Positions 9,407-21,064 of a stretch of DNA of 64,000 nt are shown here, in pieces. Position numbers and translations under genes: made by a program. How positions within the stretch are numbered: position 1 is the stretch's first letter; each line of letters begins with the position of its first letter. The notes beneath the pieces are model-generated. The model saw nothing but the letters and a program-made list of their open reading frames with translations. It made no database searches and was not told the origin of the DNA. The stretch spans positions 3,010 through 67,009 of the forward strand of contig JAVKIH010000011.1 in NCBI GenBank assembly GCA_031459625.1, given 5' to 3'. Origin of the DNA: Candidatus Geohabitans tengchongensis. Lineage in GTDB: Bacteria > Sysuimicrobiota > Sysuimicrobiia > Sysuimicrobiales > Humicultoraceae.

Positions 9407-11044
9407 GTGAGGGCCGGGGCGGTCGCGCTGGAGTGGCGGAGGCTCCGCCGGCACGCCGACCCCGGCCTGCTGGCCGTCTACACGGGGGCGCTGCTCCTCC
9501 TGGCCCTGGCCGTCCTCTACCCGGCCTACCGGGTGCTGGTCTACCCGTCGTGGGCGGACTACCTGGCCATCCCCCGCAGCCTGCGCTGGCTGCAGGCCGC
9601 CCGCAACAGCCTGGTGATGATGGTCCTCTCCACGGCCAGCGCCACGCTGGTGGGGGTGCTCTTCGCCTTCGCCACCACCCGCCATGACCTGCCGGGCCGG
9701 CGCCTCTTCCGGGCCGCGGCGATGCTGCCGCTCTTCGCGCCGCCCTTCATGGTGGCGTTCGCCTACATCCTCATGTTCGGCCGGCAGGGGCTGGTCACGC
9801 GCACGCTGCTCGGGCTCGACGCCAACATTTTCGGCTGGCACGGCCTGTGGCTGGTGCAGACGGTGGCCTTCTTCCCGCTGGCGATGCTCATCATCGCCGG
9901 CGTGCTCGAGGCCATCAACCCGAGCCTGGAGCACGCGGCGCGGAACCTGGGCGCCCCCGAAGGGGCGGTCCTGCGCACGGTCACCCTGGCCCTGGCCCGC
10001 CCGGGGATCGCCGGGGCGATGCTGGTGGTGGCCATCTCGGTGCTGGCCGACTTCGGCAACGCGGTGATCATCGCCGGCAACTTCCCCCTGCTGGCCACCG
10101 AGGCGTGGTTCCGCATGGAGGGGATGGGGGACCTGACCGGGGCGGCGCTGGTCGTGGGGATGCTGCTCGTGCCCACCGTCCTCCTCTTCCTCCTGGAGCG
10201 CTTCTGGGTGAGCCGCCGCGTCTACGTGACGGTCACGGGCCGGGGCTCGCGCATCGAGCGGCCGCCCACCCCGCCGGCCGTCCGCTGGGCGGTCCTCCTG
10301 GCCTGCCTGCTGGTGACGGTGCTCGTGGCGCTCGTCTACCTGGGGGTGCTGGCCGGCGCCTTCACGGCGGTGTGGGGGCGCGACTGGTCCCTCACCCTGG
10401 AGCACTGGCACCTGGCCCGCGACCGGGCGGGGACGCTGTGGGCCAGCGTACGCGTGGGGACGCTCGCCGGCGTCGTCACCGCCGTGACCGGGGTGCTGGT
10501 GGCCTTCCTGGCCACGCGCCCGCTGCCGCTGCGCGGGGTCCTCGACTTCCTGGCGGTCCTGCCCGGGGCGCTCCCCGGCGTCTTCGTCGGCGTGGGCTAC
10601 GTCCTGGCCTTCAACCCCACGCCGCTCGGCGGCACGGTCTGGGCGGTGGCGCTGGCGCTGGGGATGTGGCACCTGCCCATGGGCTACCAGGCCGCCGCAG
10701 CGCGGCTGCGCCAGGTGGAGCGGGCCATCGAGGAGGCGGCGGTGAACCTGGGGGCCACGGGGCTGCGCGTGCTGCGGGACATCTACCTGCCCATGCTCCT
10801 GCGCGCGCTGGCGGAGGCGTTCGCCGTCTCCTTCGTGCGGGGGGTGACCAACGTGAGCATCGTGGTCTTCCTCATCGCCCCGGGGCAGGTTGTGGCCACC
10901 TTCGCCATCCTCAACATGATCCAGAACAACATCTGGGGCGCGGCGGCGGCGCTCACCACCATGCTCCTCCTCCTCACCGTCGTGGCCGTGGGGGCGAGTT
11001 GGCTCCTGCTGGGGCGGGCCGTGCGCACCGCGCCGGTGGGATGA
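9407..11044 (+). CDS. ABC permease, FbpB family (two TM domains)
   Basis: Two EAA motifs (LEHAARNLGA, IEEAAVNLGA), LADFGN. Confidence 0.9.
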   Translation: MRAGAVALEWRRLRRHADPGLLAVYTGALLLLALAVLYPAYRVLVYPSWADYLAIPRSLRWLQAARNSLVMMVLSTASATLVGVLFAFATTRHDLPGRRLFRAAAMLPLFAPPFMVAFAYILMFGRQGLVTRTLLGLDANIFGWHGLWLVQTVAFFPLAMLIIAGVLEAINPSLEHAARNLGAPEGAVLRTVTLALARPGIAGAMLVVAISVLADFGNAVIIAGNFPLLATEAWFRMEGMGDLTGAALVVGMLLVPTVLLFLLERFWVSRRVYVTVTGRGSRIERPPTPPAVRWAVLLACLLVTVLVALVYLGVLAGAFTAVWGRDWSLTLEHWHLARDRAGTLWASVRVGTLAGVVTAVTGVLVAFLATRPLPLRGVLDFLAVLPGALPGVFVGVGYVLAFNPTPLGGTVWAVALALGMWHLPMGYQAAAARLRQVERAIEEAAVNLGATGLRVLRDIYLPMLLRALAEAFAVSFVRGVTNVSIVVFLIAPGQVVATFAILNMIQNNIWGAAAALTTMLLLLTVVAVGASWLLLGRAVRTAPVG

Positions 11045-12240
11045 GGGTGCCCGAGCCGACCGTGACCGGGCGCACGCCGGCGACCGACCCGGGCTCGTTG
11101 ACCGACCGGACCGCGGGGCCCCCGCACCTCCGGCTGGTGGAGGTGACGAAGCGCTTCGGGGCGCACGTGGCGGTGGACCGGGTCTCCCTGGCGCTGCCCG
11201 AGGGCGCCTTCACCACGCTCCTGGGCCCGTCCGGCTGCGGCAAGACCACCGTCCTGCGCCTGGTGGCGGGGTTCTACCGACCGGACAGCGGGGAGATCCT
11301 GCTGCGTGAGCGCCCCATCACCGACGTGCCGCCGCACCGCCGCCACATGGCGATGGTCTTCCAGGAGTACGCCCTCTTCCCCCACCTGACGGTCGGGGAG
11401 AACGTCGCCTACGGCCTGCGTATGCGCCGGGTGCCGCCGCGGGAGACGGCGCGGCGGGTGGCGGAGGCGCTGCGCCTGGTGGGGCTGGAGGGGCAGGAGC
11501 GGCGCTTCCCCCACCAGCTCTCGGGCGGGCAGCAGCAGCGGGTGGCGCTGGCGCGCGCGCTGGTCGTGGAGCCGGAGGTGCTGCTGCTGGACGAGCCGCT
11601 CAGCAACCTGGACGCCAAGCTGCGCGTGCGGGTGCGCACGGAGATCCGCCAGCTGCAGGAGCGGCTGGGCAAGACCACGCTGTACGTCACCCACGACCAG
11701 GAGGAGGCGCTGGCCATCTCCGACCAGATCGCCGTGATGCACGCGGGGCGGATCCTGCAGGTGGGCACCCCCACGGAGATTTACTTCCGGCCGCAGAACC
11801 GCATCGTGGCCGACTTCGTGGGACTGGCCACCTTCGTGGAGGCCGAGGTCGCGGGGTCGGGACGGGTGCGCGTGCACGGCGTCGTCGTCCCTGTGACCGG
11901 CCCGCTGCCGCCGACGGGACGGGTGACCCTGGTGGTCCGGCCCGAGGCGGTCCGGCTGACGCCCGCTCGTAGCGGGGGCGAAGACGGCGGCGGGCTGCGG
12001 GGCCGCGTCGTGGCCCGGGCCTTCCTCGGCGGAGTGGTGCGCTGCTGGGTGGACGTGCACGGCGCGGAGTGGGTGGTGGACGTGCCGGTGGACCAGGAGG
12101 TGCCCGTCGATGGGGTGGTGGCGCTGCGGTTGGGGGAGCGCGTCCACGCCCTCCCGGAGGGGCCGGCGGGGAGCGCCGCGGAAGGTCCGGCGGGGAGCGG
12201 CGAGGGGCCGGCGCGGGACCGTGCAGGCCCCACAATGTAA
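11041..12240 (+). CDS. ABC ATP-binding protein, FbpC/PotA family
   Basis: GPSGCGKT, LSGGQQQR, LLDEPLSNLD, C-terminal TOBE-like region. Start ATG 11041. Confidence 0.92.
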   Translation: MRVPEPTVTGRTPATDPGSLTDRTAGPPHLRLVEVTKRFGAHVAVDRVSLALPEGAFTTLLGPSGCGKTTVLRLVAGFYRPDSGEILLRERPITDVPPHRRHMAMVFQEYALFPHLTVGENVAYGLRMRRVPPRETARRVAEALRLVGLEGQERRFPHQLSGGQQQRVALARALVVEPEVLLLDEPLSNLDAKLRVRVRTEIRQLQERLGKTTLYVTHDQEEALAISDQIAVMHAGRILQVGTPTEIYFRPQNRIVADFVGLATFVEAEVAGSGRVRVHGVVVPVTGPLPPTGRVTLVVRPEAVRLTPARSGGEDGGGLRGRVVARAFLGGVVRCWVDVHGAEWVVDVPVDQEVPVDGVVALRLGERVHALPEGPAGSAAEGPAGSGEGPARDRAGPTM

Positions 12241-12332
12241 GCCGCGAGACGGCGTCTACACCGTCAGCCGCAAGACGCCGTCAGCCGCAAGGCGCCGTCG
12301 GTCGCGAGACGGCGTCAGCCGCGCGACGGCGT
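12239..12332. repeat. 17-bp degenerate tandem repeat (4 contiguous copies plus 1 offset copy)
   Basis: CAGCCGCAAGACGCCGT (12265), CAGCCGCAAGGCGCCGT (12282), CGGTCGCGAGACGGCGT (12299), CAGCCGCGCGACGGCGT (12316); AAGCCGCGAGACGGCGT at 12239. Confidence 0.85.
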
Positions 12333-12368
12333 ACTCGGGCAATCGGACGGGCGAGAAGGAGGAGGCAC

Positions 12369-13334
12369 ATGGGCAAGTGGGACCTGCCGCCCCGAGGCGG
12401 CCACATGGACAAGCGCACCGGGATCTACCTGCAGACCATGACCCAGCGCGACATCGAGGAGCGCCTGGCCACCAACGACGTCCTCATCGTGCCGCTGGGC
12501 GCCACCGAGGCGCACGGCCCCAACGCGCCCATCGGCGAGGACATCTTCCTCGTCTGCCGCATGGCCGAGGTGGTGGCGGAGCGCACCGGGTGCACCGTCT
12601 CCGAGCCGCTGTGGTTCGGTTCTCACCCCTACCACCACCTGGGCATGCCCGGGACCGTGCCCATCCCCGAGGACGTCTTCACCGCCTTCGTGCGGGCGAT
12701 GATCGCCGGCTTCTGGAACATGGGCTTCCGCAAGCAGATCCTGCTCAACGGCCACGGGCAGGAGTACGTCATCCCCACGGCGATCCACCAGTTTGGCAAG
12801 CGCTACCGGGTCCCGGCGCTGATCGTGAACGTGAACTGGTACCATGCCATCCCGGACCACTTTCGCCTCAAGCAGGACGGAGGGCCCTACGAGACCCCCT
12901 TCATCCACGCCGACGAGGTGGAGACCTCCTGGTGCCTGGCGCTCTTCCCCGAGCTGATGAAGCAGGAGTGGGTCGTGGACAACGAACCCTTCGGCTTCCT
13001 CCCGGAAGGCCACGTGGACAAGGCCGGGAACCTCCTGCGCCGGCCGATCAACTGGTACGGGCACGTGGGGGCGGGCCCCATCGAGGTGAAGGCCTACATC
13101 GAGGGCGTCGTGGGGAAGCCCTCCCTGGCGGCGGCGGAGAAGGCGCTGCCGGGCGTGGAGGCGCTGCTCGACTACCTGGAACGCCTCGTCACCGACATCC
13201 TGGCCCGCTTCCCGCCCGGGGAGCTGCCCCCCATCGACCTGGTGACCGAGCGCGACCGGGAGGAACTGGAGGCGGTGCTGCGCGGGCCGGCCCGCGGGGG
13301 CAAGTCCATTTACGCGCTGGGCTGGCCGCCGTGA
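12369..13334 (+). CDS. iolN: 3-dehydro-scyllo-inosose hydrolase (creatininase family)
   Basis: GIYLQTMT, GATEAHGPNAPIGED, HPYHHLGMPGT, LNGHGQE, PFIHADEVETS, very close to recalled Thermotoga IolN. SD GGAGG before ATG 12369. Confidence 0.92.
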   Translation: MGKWDLPPRGGHMDKRTGIYLQTMTQRDIEERLATNDVLIVPLGATEAHGPNAPIGEDIFLVCRMAEVVAERTGCTVSEPLWFGSHPYHHLGMPGTVPIPEDVFTAFVRAMIAGFWNMGFRKQILLNGHGQEYVIPTAIHQFGKRYRVPALIVNVNWYHAIPDHFRLKQDGGPYETPFIHADEVETSWCLALFPELMKQEWVVDNEPFGFLPEGHVDKAGNLLRRPINWYGHVGAGPIEVKAYIEGVVGKPSLAAAEKALPGVEALLDYLERLVTDILARFPPGELPPIDLVTERDREELEAVLRGPARGGKSIYALGWPP

Positions 13335-13347
13335 CGCCCCGGCCGCC

Positions 13348-14181
13348 GTGCGCGTGAGCCTGGTCGTCTCCCTGGAGGCCACCGCGTTCGATGCGGTGGC
13401 GATGCGCCAGGGGCTGGGGGCCCTGGAGGCGGTGGCGGCGCTGGGCTACGACGGGGCGGAGCTGGCCGTGCGCGACCCGCAGGCGGTCGACGGCGGGTGG
13501 CTGCGCGACCGCTGCGCGCAGTTGGGGCTGGCCGTCCCCGCACTCGGCACCGGGCAGGCCTACCTGCGCGACGGCCTGGCGCTGGCCCACCCGGAGGCAG
13601 GCATCCGCCGGGCGGCCATCGAACGCATGCGGCACCACGTCGCCCTGGCCCGGCAGCTGAGCGCGCTCCCGGGGACGCCGGCCGCGGGCGTCCAGGTGAT
13701 CGTCGGGCTGATCCGAGGCCCGGCGGGCCAGGACCGGCCAGGGGCCGAGCGGCGCCTCACCGAGGCGCTCCGGCCCTGCCTGGACGCGGCGGCCGAGGCC
13801 GGGGTGGGGCTGGTGATCGAGGCGATCAACCGCTACGAGAGCGACTGGCTGCACACCCTGGAGGAGGTGGCGGCGCTGGTGGAGCGCGTCGGCCACCCGC
13901 GGCTGGGCGTGCTGGCCGACACCTTCCACATGAACATCGAGGAGCGGTCGATGGACGAGGCCCTGCGCGCCGCCGCGCCCCATCTGCGCCACGTGCACGT
14001 GGCCGACAGCAACCGCCGCGCGCCGGGGCAGGGGCACCTCGACTTCGCGCGGCTGGTGGGCGTCCTGCGCGAGGCCGGCTACGACGGGTTCCTCTCGGCG
14101 GAGATCCTGCCGTGGCCCGACCCGGATGAAGCCGGGCGGCTGGCCATCACCCACCTGCGCGCGGTGCTGGGGCGGCCCTGA
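13348..14181 (+). CDS. iolO: 5-keto-L-gluconate epimerase
   Basis: SLVVS..AFDAVA, ELAVRDP, GTGQAYL.DGL.L, VIVGLIRG, INRYE, LADTFHMNIEE, DSNRRAPGQGH, matching recalled Thermotoga IolO. Confidence 0.88.
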   Translation: MRVSLVVSLEATAFDAVAMRQGLGALEAVAALGYDGAELAVRDPQAVDGGWLRDRCAQLGLAVPALGTGQAYLRDGLALAHPEAGIRRAAIERMRHHVALARQLSALPGTPAAGVQVIVGLIRGPAGQDRPGAERRLTEALRPCLDAAAEAGVGLVIEAINRYESDWLHTLEEVAALVERVGHPRLGVLADTFHMNIEERSMDEALRAAAPHLRHVHVADSNRRAPGQGHLDFARLVGVLREAGYDGFLSAEILPWPDPDEAGRLAITHLRAVLGRP

Positions 14182-14229
14182 GGCGCGGGGCGCGGGCGGC
14201 GACGCACGACATCGTCAGGGAGGGAGAGG

Positions 14230-15264
14230 ATGCCCATGGGAATGCGGAGCGCTCTGCTGGTCCTGCTGGCCGTGCTGGTGCTGGCTCCGCTCGGAGCGGT
14301 GCGCGCCGCGCCGGGCGGACAGGTGAACGTGCTGTGCAGCCCCAACCCGGCCTGGTGCGACGCCATCAAGGTGGAGTTCCCCAAGGCCACGGGGATCGCG
14401 CTCAACTACGTCCGCCTGAGCTCCGGCGAGGCGCTGGCCCGCCTGCGCGCCGAGGGGGAGAACCCCTCCTTCGACGTCTGGTTCGGCGGGACGGGCGACC
14501 CGCACATCGTGGCCAACGAGACGGGGTTGACGGAGTTCTACCGCCCCAAGGCCTGGGCCGATCTGCGGCCCGAGCTGCGCGAGGCCGTGGCGAACAAGTA
14601 CATCCCCCTCTACGCCGGCATCCTGGGGTGGGCGATCAACGGCGGCCTGCTGCGTGAGAAGGGCATCCCGGTGCCGCGCACCTGGCAGGACCTCGGGCAC
14701 CCGCGCCTGCGCGGGCTCGTGGCCATGCCCAACCCCAACACCAGCGGCACCGGCTACACCATGCTGGCCACCGTCGTCCAGATCTACGGTGAGCGCGAGG
14801 CCTTCGAGCTGCTCAAGCGCATCCACCGCAACGTCGCCCAGTACACCCGCGGCGGAGCCGACCCCGGCGTGCTCACCGGGCGCGGTGAGGTGGCCGTGGG
14901 GGTCACCTTCATCCACGACGCCGTGGACAACGTCCTCAAGGGCTTCCCCATCACCTACGGGGCGCCGTCGGACGGCACCGGGTACGAGATCGGCGGTCTC
15001 AGCCTGGTGCGACGGACGCGTAACCGCGAGGCGGCCATCACCTTCATCGACTGGGCCCTGACGCCGGAGGCGCAGATGATCGCGGCCACCCAAGGACAGT
15101 CCTACCAGATCCCGTCCAACAGCAAGACGCCCGTCCCCCGGGTGGCGCCGCGCTTCCAGGACTTCAAGGTGATCAAGTACGACTTCCTCAAGTACGGGTC
15201 CGCCGCCGTCCGGGACGCCCTCGTGCGCCGGTGGACGACGGAGGTCTTCCCGCTGCCGAAGTAG
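14230..15264 (+). CDS. ABC substrate-binding protein, AfuA-like (sugar-phosphate binding)
   Basis: LCSPNPAWC, FDVWFGGTGDPH, PNPNTSGTGYT, QYTRGG, FIHD, GTGYEIGG resemble AfuA. Confidence 0.88.
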   Translation: MPMGMRSALLVLLAVLVLAPLGAVRAAPGGQVNVLCSPNPAWCDAIKVEFPKATGIALNYVRLSSGEALARLRAEGENPSFDVWFGGTGDPHIVANETGLTEFYRPKAWADLRPELREAVANKYIPLYAGILGWAINGGLLREKGIPVPRTWQDLGHPRLRGLVAMPNPNTSGTGYTMLATVVQIYGEREAFELLKRIHRNVAQYTRGGADPGVLTGRGEVAVGVTFIHDAVDNVLKGFPITYGAPSDGTGYEIGGLSLVRRTRNREAAITFIDWALTPEAQMIAATQGQSYQIPSNSKTPVPRVAPRFQDFKVIKYDFLKYGSAAVRDALVRRWTTEVFPLPK

Positions 15265-15267
15265 CGC

Positions 15268-17504
15268 TTGGCCAGGCCCCTCCTCCCCTCGGGCGCGCCG
15301 CCGCTCGCCCTGCGGACCGTCCCCGTGCAGTGGACGGCCATGGGGTGGGGGGCGGCCGCGCTCGTCGTGGGGTTGCTCCTCCCCTGGACCCGGGAGGAGC
15401 GGGCGGTGTGGGCGTATGCCGCCGACGCCACGGGTGCGGCGCTGCTCCGCACCACGCCCGGGGTGGGGCTGGCCCTGCTGGCCGCGGCGCTGGCGGTGCT
15501 GGTCGGCGTGGCGCCGCTGCCGCCGGTGCGCCGGGGGCAGTGGCTGTGGCCGCTCGGGCTGGCCGGAGCGGTCACCATCCTGGTCACCGCGCTGGTGCTG
15601 GGGCGGCCCGTGGGCCTGGGCGCCATCCTCCTCTTCCTCGCCCACCTCACGCTGGCGGGGACGGGGCTCGCGCTCAGCGGCGCGCTGCGCACCGACCCCT
15701 TCACGGCCGCCGCGGTGCTGTGGGCGGCCGTCTTCGTGCTGCTCTTCATCCTCCTGCCGCTGGCGGAGGTGCTGGCGGCGGCGGTCGTGGTCTCGGGCCG
15801 GTTCACCCTGGACGCGGTGCGGGAGACGATCCGCTCACCGGCCTTCTTCCTCCTCGACCGGCCGGCCACGCCGCTGGACGAGGGGCGGGCGGTGCTGGCC
15901 GTGGGCGCGGGTGGAGCGGCGGTGGGGGCCGCCTGGAGCCTCCTGGCCCGCCACCCCCTGCGGGCGGTGGTCGTCCGGACCCTCGCCGCGGGCCTTGGCG
16001 CCGGCGGGCTGGCGGCACTGGTGCTCGGCTTCGGTGCCGTGCGCAACAGCGTGCTGCTGGCGCTGGCCGTGGGCGGGCTCTCCACGGGAGTCGGATTCCT
16101 CTTCGCCCTGCTGGGGGAGCGGTCGCGCCTCCCCACGCGGCGCCTGCTCGGGCCCCTCTCCATCCTGCCCATCATCACCCCGCCCTTCGTCCTGGGGCTG
16201 GCGATGATCTTCATGTTCGGCCGGCGCGGGTTCATCACGCACCAGCTCCTGGGACAGTCGACCACCCTCTTCTTCGGGCCGCTCGGGGTGGGCGCGGCGC
16301 AGGTGCTGGCCTTCACCCCCATCGCCTACCTGGTGCTGGTGGGTGTGGTGCGTGCCCTCGACGTGGCCATGGAGGAGGCGGCCGAGACGCTGGGCGCGTC
16401 ACGCTGGCAGGTGCTGCGGACCGTCATCTGGCCGCTGGCGCGGCCGGGGCTGGCCAACGCCTTCCTGCTGGTGGCCATCGAGAGCCTGGCCGACTTCGGC
16501 AACCCCTTCGTCGTCGGCGGCGGCGCGCCGTTTCTGGCCACGCAGGTCTTCGACGCCATCAGTGGCCGCTTCAACCCGCACGAGGCCGCGGTCTACGGGG
16601 TGACGCTGCTGGGGATGACCCTCACCGTCTTCCTGGTGCAGCGGCTGTGGCTGGGGCGGCGGGGCTACGTCACCGTCACCGGCCGCCCCGGCGCGGGGCT
16701 GGCCCGCCCCCTCCCGCGCTGGCTCGACCTGGGTGGCACCGCCCTCTTCCTGGGGTGGGTGGCCCTCACCGTGCTGCTCTACGGCTCCGTCTTCGTGGGG
16801 GCGGTGACGCGGCTGTGGGGGTTCGACGACACCGTCACCCTCGCCCACCTCCAGGGGCTCACCCCGCAGGGGTGGGCGGTGCTGTGGAATTCCGTGCGCC
16901 TCTCCGCGCTGGCGGCGGTGCCCTCGACGTTGCTCGGTTTCCTCATCGCCTACCTGGTGACGCGCGTGGCCTTCCCGGGCCGGTCGGCGCTGGAGTTCAG
17001 CGCCATGCTCTCCTTCGCCGTCCCCGGCACGGTGATGGGGATCGGCTACATCCTGGCCTTCAACCAGGGGGTGCTGCTCCTCACCGGCACGGAGGTCATC
17101 CTCGTCCTGGCGTTCGTCTTCCGCAATATGCCGGTGGGGATCCGCGCCGGGGTCGCCGCCCTGCACCAGCTCGACCGCGCCATCGAGGAGGCCTCCACGC
17201 TGCTGGGCGCGGGGACCGCCTCCACGCTGCGGCGCATCGTCATGCCGCTCGTGCGGCCGGCGCTGCTCTCGGGGCTGGTCTTCGCCTTCGTGCGCGCCGT
17301 CACGGCGGTGAGCCAGGTGATCTTCCTCATCTCGCCGCAGCACAACCTGGCCACGACGCAGATCCTCTCCTACGTCCAGTACGGGACGCTGGGGCGCGGG
17401 GCGGCGCTGGCCTCGGTGGTGATCGTGCTGCTGGCCGCGGTGGTGCTGGCCCTCTACCTGGTGACGAACCGCCTCGACCCGCGCCTGGTCCGGGAGGTGG
17501 GCGC

Positions 17505-17508
<4 letters not shown>
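15268..17508 (+). CDS. ABC permease, long AfuB-like with N-terminal membrane extension
   Basis: LPIITPPFV, MEEAAETLGA, IESLADFGNP, FAVPGTVMG, IEEASTLLGA. Start uncertain. Confidence 0.9.
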
Positions 17509-18608
<1,100 letters not shown>

Positions 18609-18614
18609 CCGATC

Positions 18615-20078
18615 ATGGCCCCATCGCCCACGATCCTGACCCTCGACCTGGGGACGACCGCGCTCAAGGCCGCCCTCTTCGACCTCGATGGCGACGTGCT
18701 GGCGGCGGCGCAGTCCACCTTTCCCACGCGCCGGCCCCGCCCTGGGTGGGCGGAGCAGGACGCGCAGGCGTGGTGGCAGGCGACGGTGACCGCCACCCGC
18801 CAGGTGGTGCGAGACGCCGAAGCCTCTATCCGTGCCCTGGCAGGGGTCGGGCTCACCTCCCAGCGCGAGGGCGTGGTGCCGGTCGACGACCGGGGCGAGC
18901 CGGTGGCAGCGTGCATCACCTGGATGGACCGGCGCGCCCAGCCCGAGGCGGAAGCGCTCGGGCGCGAGTTCCCCGACCTCCACCGGCGCACCGGGATGCG
19001 GCCGGAGGCCACCTTCACCGCCGCCAAGGTGCGCTGGCTGGCCCGCCACAAGCCCGAGACGCTCCGCCGCGCCCGCTGGCTCCTCCAGCCGCGGGACTTC
19101 CTCTATTACCGGCTGACCGGCGTGGTCCTGACCGACCCCTCGCTGGCCTCGCGCACGATGCTCTTCGACCTGCGTACCCGCGCCTGGGCCCCCGACCTGG
19201 TGGCCGCGGCGGGAGCCTCACCAGACCAGCTCCCTCCCGTGCTGCCCTCCCTGTGGGCACCCGGGCGGCTGACCGCCGAGGCGGCGCGCGCGCTGGGCCT
19301 GACCGAGAGGACACCGGTCCTCGTCGGCGGCGGAGACCGGGCCTGCGAGGCGCTGGGTACCGGGGCCCGCCCGGGCCGGGCGATGGAGTCCACCGGCACC
19401 ACCACCAACCTCTCCCTGCCTGCCGAGGGCCTGCCTGAGGTCCCCGACGGAATCCTCGTCTCCCTGCACGTCGTGCCGGGGCAGGTTCTGCTGGAGCAGG
19501 GGCTCAGCGCCTCCGGGGCGGTCCTGGCGTGGGTGCGGGCGCTCACGGGGCTGACCGACGCGGACCTGGACGAGGTGGTAGCGCACAGTCCTGCCGGCGC
19601 CCGCGGGTTGCGACTGCTCCCCCACTTCCACGGGGCGCGGGCCCCCTGGTGGGATCCTGCGGCGCGCGCGGTGTGGTCGGGCTTCACGCTGGCGCACGAC
19701 CGCCCCGACCTGGTGCGCAGCGTGCTGGAGGCGGTGGCCTGCGAGGTGCGCGGCTGCCTCGAGGTGCTGCGCGCGAGCGGCCAGCGGGTGGAGGAGGTCG
19801 TGCTGGCGGGGGGTGGCGCCCGCAGCCGGGTCTGGGCGGCGATCAAGGCGCACACCTGGCGCCTCCCGGTGCTCCTGCCCCGGGTGACGGAGGCGGCCTC
19901 GCTGGGGGCCATGGTCCTGGCCGCGGCGGGGTTGGGGCTGCGCCCGCTGGAGGAAGCTACCACCCTCAACCCGCCGGTGGGGCGGATCGACCCGGATCCG
20001 GCGCTGGCGGCGCAGTACGACCGCGTCTACGCCGAGCACCGTGCCCTCTACCAGCGGATGCGTGACGTGCGGGCGTGA
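18615..20078 (+). CDS. FGGY-family carbohydrate kinase
   Basis: LDLGTTALK, WAEQD, TSQREG, WMDRRA, GGGD, STGTT, GARAPWWD, GGGARS. Confidence 0.92.
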   Translation: MAPSPTILTLDLGTTALKAALFDLDGDVLAAAQSTFPTRRPRPGWAEQDAQAWWQATVTATRQVVRDAEASIRALAGVGLTSQREGVVPVDDRGEPVAACITWMDRRAQPEAEALGREFPDLHRRTGMRPEATFTAAKVRWLARHKPETLRRARWLLQPRDFLYYRLTGVVLTDPSLASRTMLFDLRTRAWAPDLVAAAGASPDQLPPVLPSLWAPGRLTAEAARALGLTERTPVLVGGGDRACEALGTGARPGRAMESTGTTTNLSLPAEGLPEVPDGILVSLHVVPGQVLLEQGLSASGAVLAWVRALTGLTDADLDEVVAHSPAGARGLRLLPHFHGARAPWWDPAARAVWSGFTLAHDRPDLVRSVLEAVACEVRGCLEVLRASGQRVEEVVLAGGGARSRVWAAIKAHTWRLPVLLPRVTEAASLGAMVLAAAGLGLRPLEEATTLNPPVGRIDPDPALAAQYDRVYAEHRALYQRMRDVRA

Positions 20079-21064
20079 CACCTGACCCCATGGCCCAGCA
20101 CGCCCTGAGCCTCCCACCCGACGTCGTCGCCCGCCTGGTGGACCTGCGCGTCCACCAACCCCAGCGGGTCCTGGACGCCGCCCGCACCCGCCAGCGTCGG
20201 AGCCGCCTGGCCGGGCCGAACGGCCGGCTGGTCCTGCTGGCGGCCGACCACCCCGCCCGCATGGTCACCGCCGCCGGCGGCGACCCCCTGGCCCTGGCCG
20301 ACCGGTGGGGCCTGCTCGCCCGCATCGCCGCCGTGCTGGAAGAGCCGGGGGTGGACGGCGTGATGGGCACCGCGGACCTCCTCGATGACCTCCTGTTGCT
20401 CGACGAGGTGCGCATGGAGCGGGGGGAAGCGCCGCTGCTGCGGGAGCGCGTGCTCGTGGGCTCGATGAACCGCGGTGGCCTGGCCGGCAGCCGCTTCGAG
20501 CTGGACGACCGCTTCACCGGGTACACGGCCCGGGGCATCGCGGCGATGGGGCTGGACGGGGGCAAACTGCTCGTGCGCGTCGACCCCGACGACCCCGGCA
20601 CCGTGGCCACGCTCGAGGCCGCCGCCCGGGCCGTGGACGCCCTGGCCGACCTGGGCCTGGCCGCCTTCGTCGAAGTTCTCCCGGTGCGGAAGGTGGAGGG
20701 ACGGCTCGCGGTGACGGTCGAGGCGGAAGCCCTTGCCGCAGTGGTCGGGGTGGCGACCGGGCTGGGGAGCTCCTCGCGCCATGTCTGGCTGAAGCTGCCC
20801 GCCTGCCCAGGCTACGACCGGGTGGCCCGGGCCACCACCTGCCCCATCCTGTTGCTGGGAGGGGATGTGGCGCCGGCGGAAGCGGTCCTGCGGGAGACGG
20901 CCGAGGCCCTGGCCGCCGGGCCAACGGTGCGCGGGGTGCTGATGGGCCGCAACGTGCTGTTTCCCTCGGCGGGCACCCCGCGAACGATGGCCCGGGCCGT
21001 CGCCGCCCTGGTCCACGAGGGGGTCGGCTTCACCGAAGCCCGGCGACTCCTGGAGGTGGGATGA
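20075..21064 (+). CDS. Class I aldolase-like (beta/alpha)8 protein, Cgl0159-like
   Basis: LAADHPAR, GVDGVMGT, GSMNRGGLAG..FELDDRFTGY, WLKLP (candidate Schiff-base Lys), LLLGG, MGRNVLFP. Confidence 0.8.
   Translation: MTPDPMAQHALSLPPDVVARLVDLRVHQPQRVLDAARTRQRRSRLAGPNGRLVLLAADHPARMVTAAGGDPLALADRWGLLARIAAVLEEPGVDGVMGTADLLDDLLLLDEVRMERGEAPLLRERVLVGSMNRGGLAGSRFELDDRFTGYTARGIAAMGLDGGKLLVRVDPDDPGTVATLEAAARAVDALADLGLAAFVEVLPVRKVEGRLAVTVEAEALAAVVGVATGLGSSSRHVWLKLPACPGYDRVARATTCPILLLGGDVAPAEAVLRETAEALAAGPTVRGVLMGRNVLFPSAGTPRTMARAVAALVHEGVGFTEARRLLEVG

Noticed and set aside
12239..12332. Possible CRISPR array
   Set aside because: Units are contiguous, 17 bp and degenerate, with no spacers and no cas genes.
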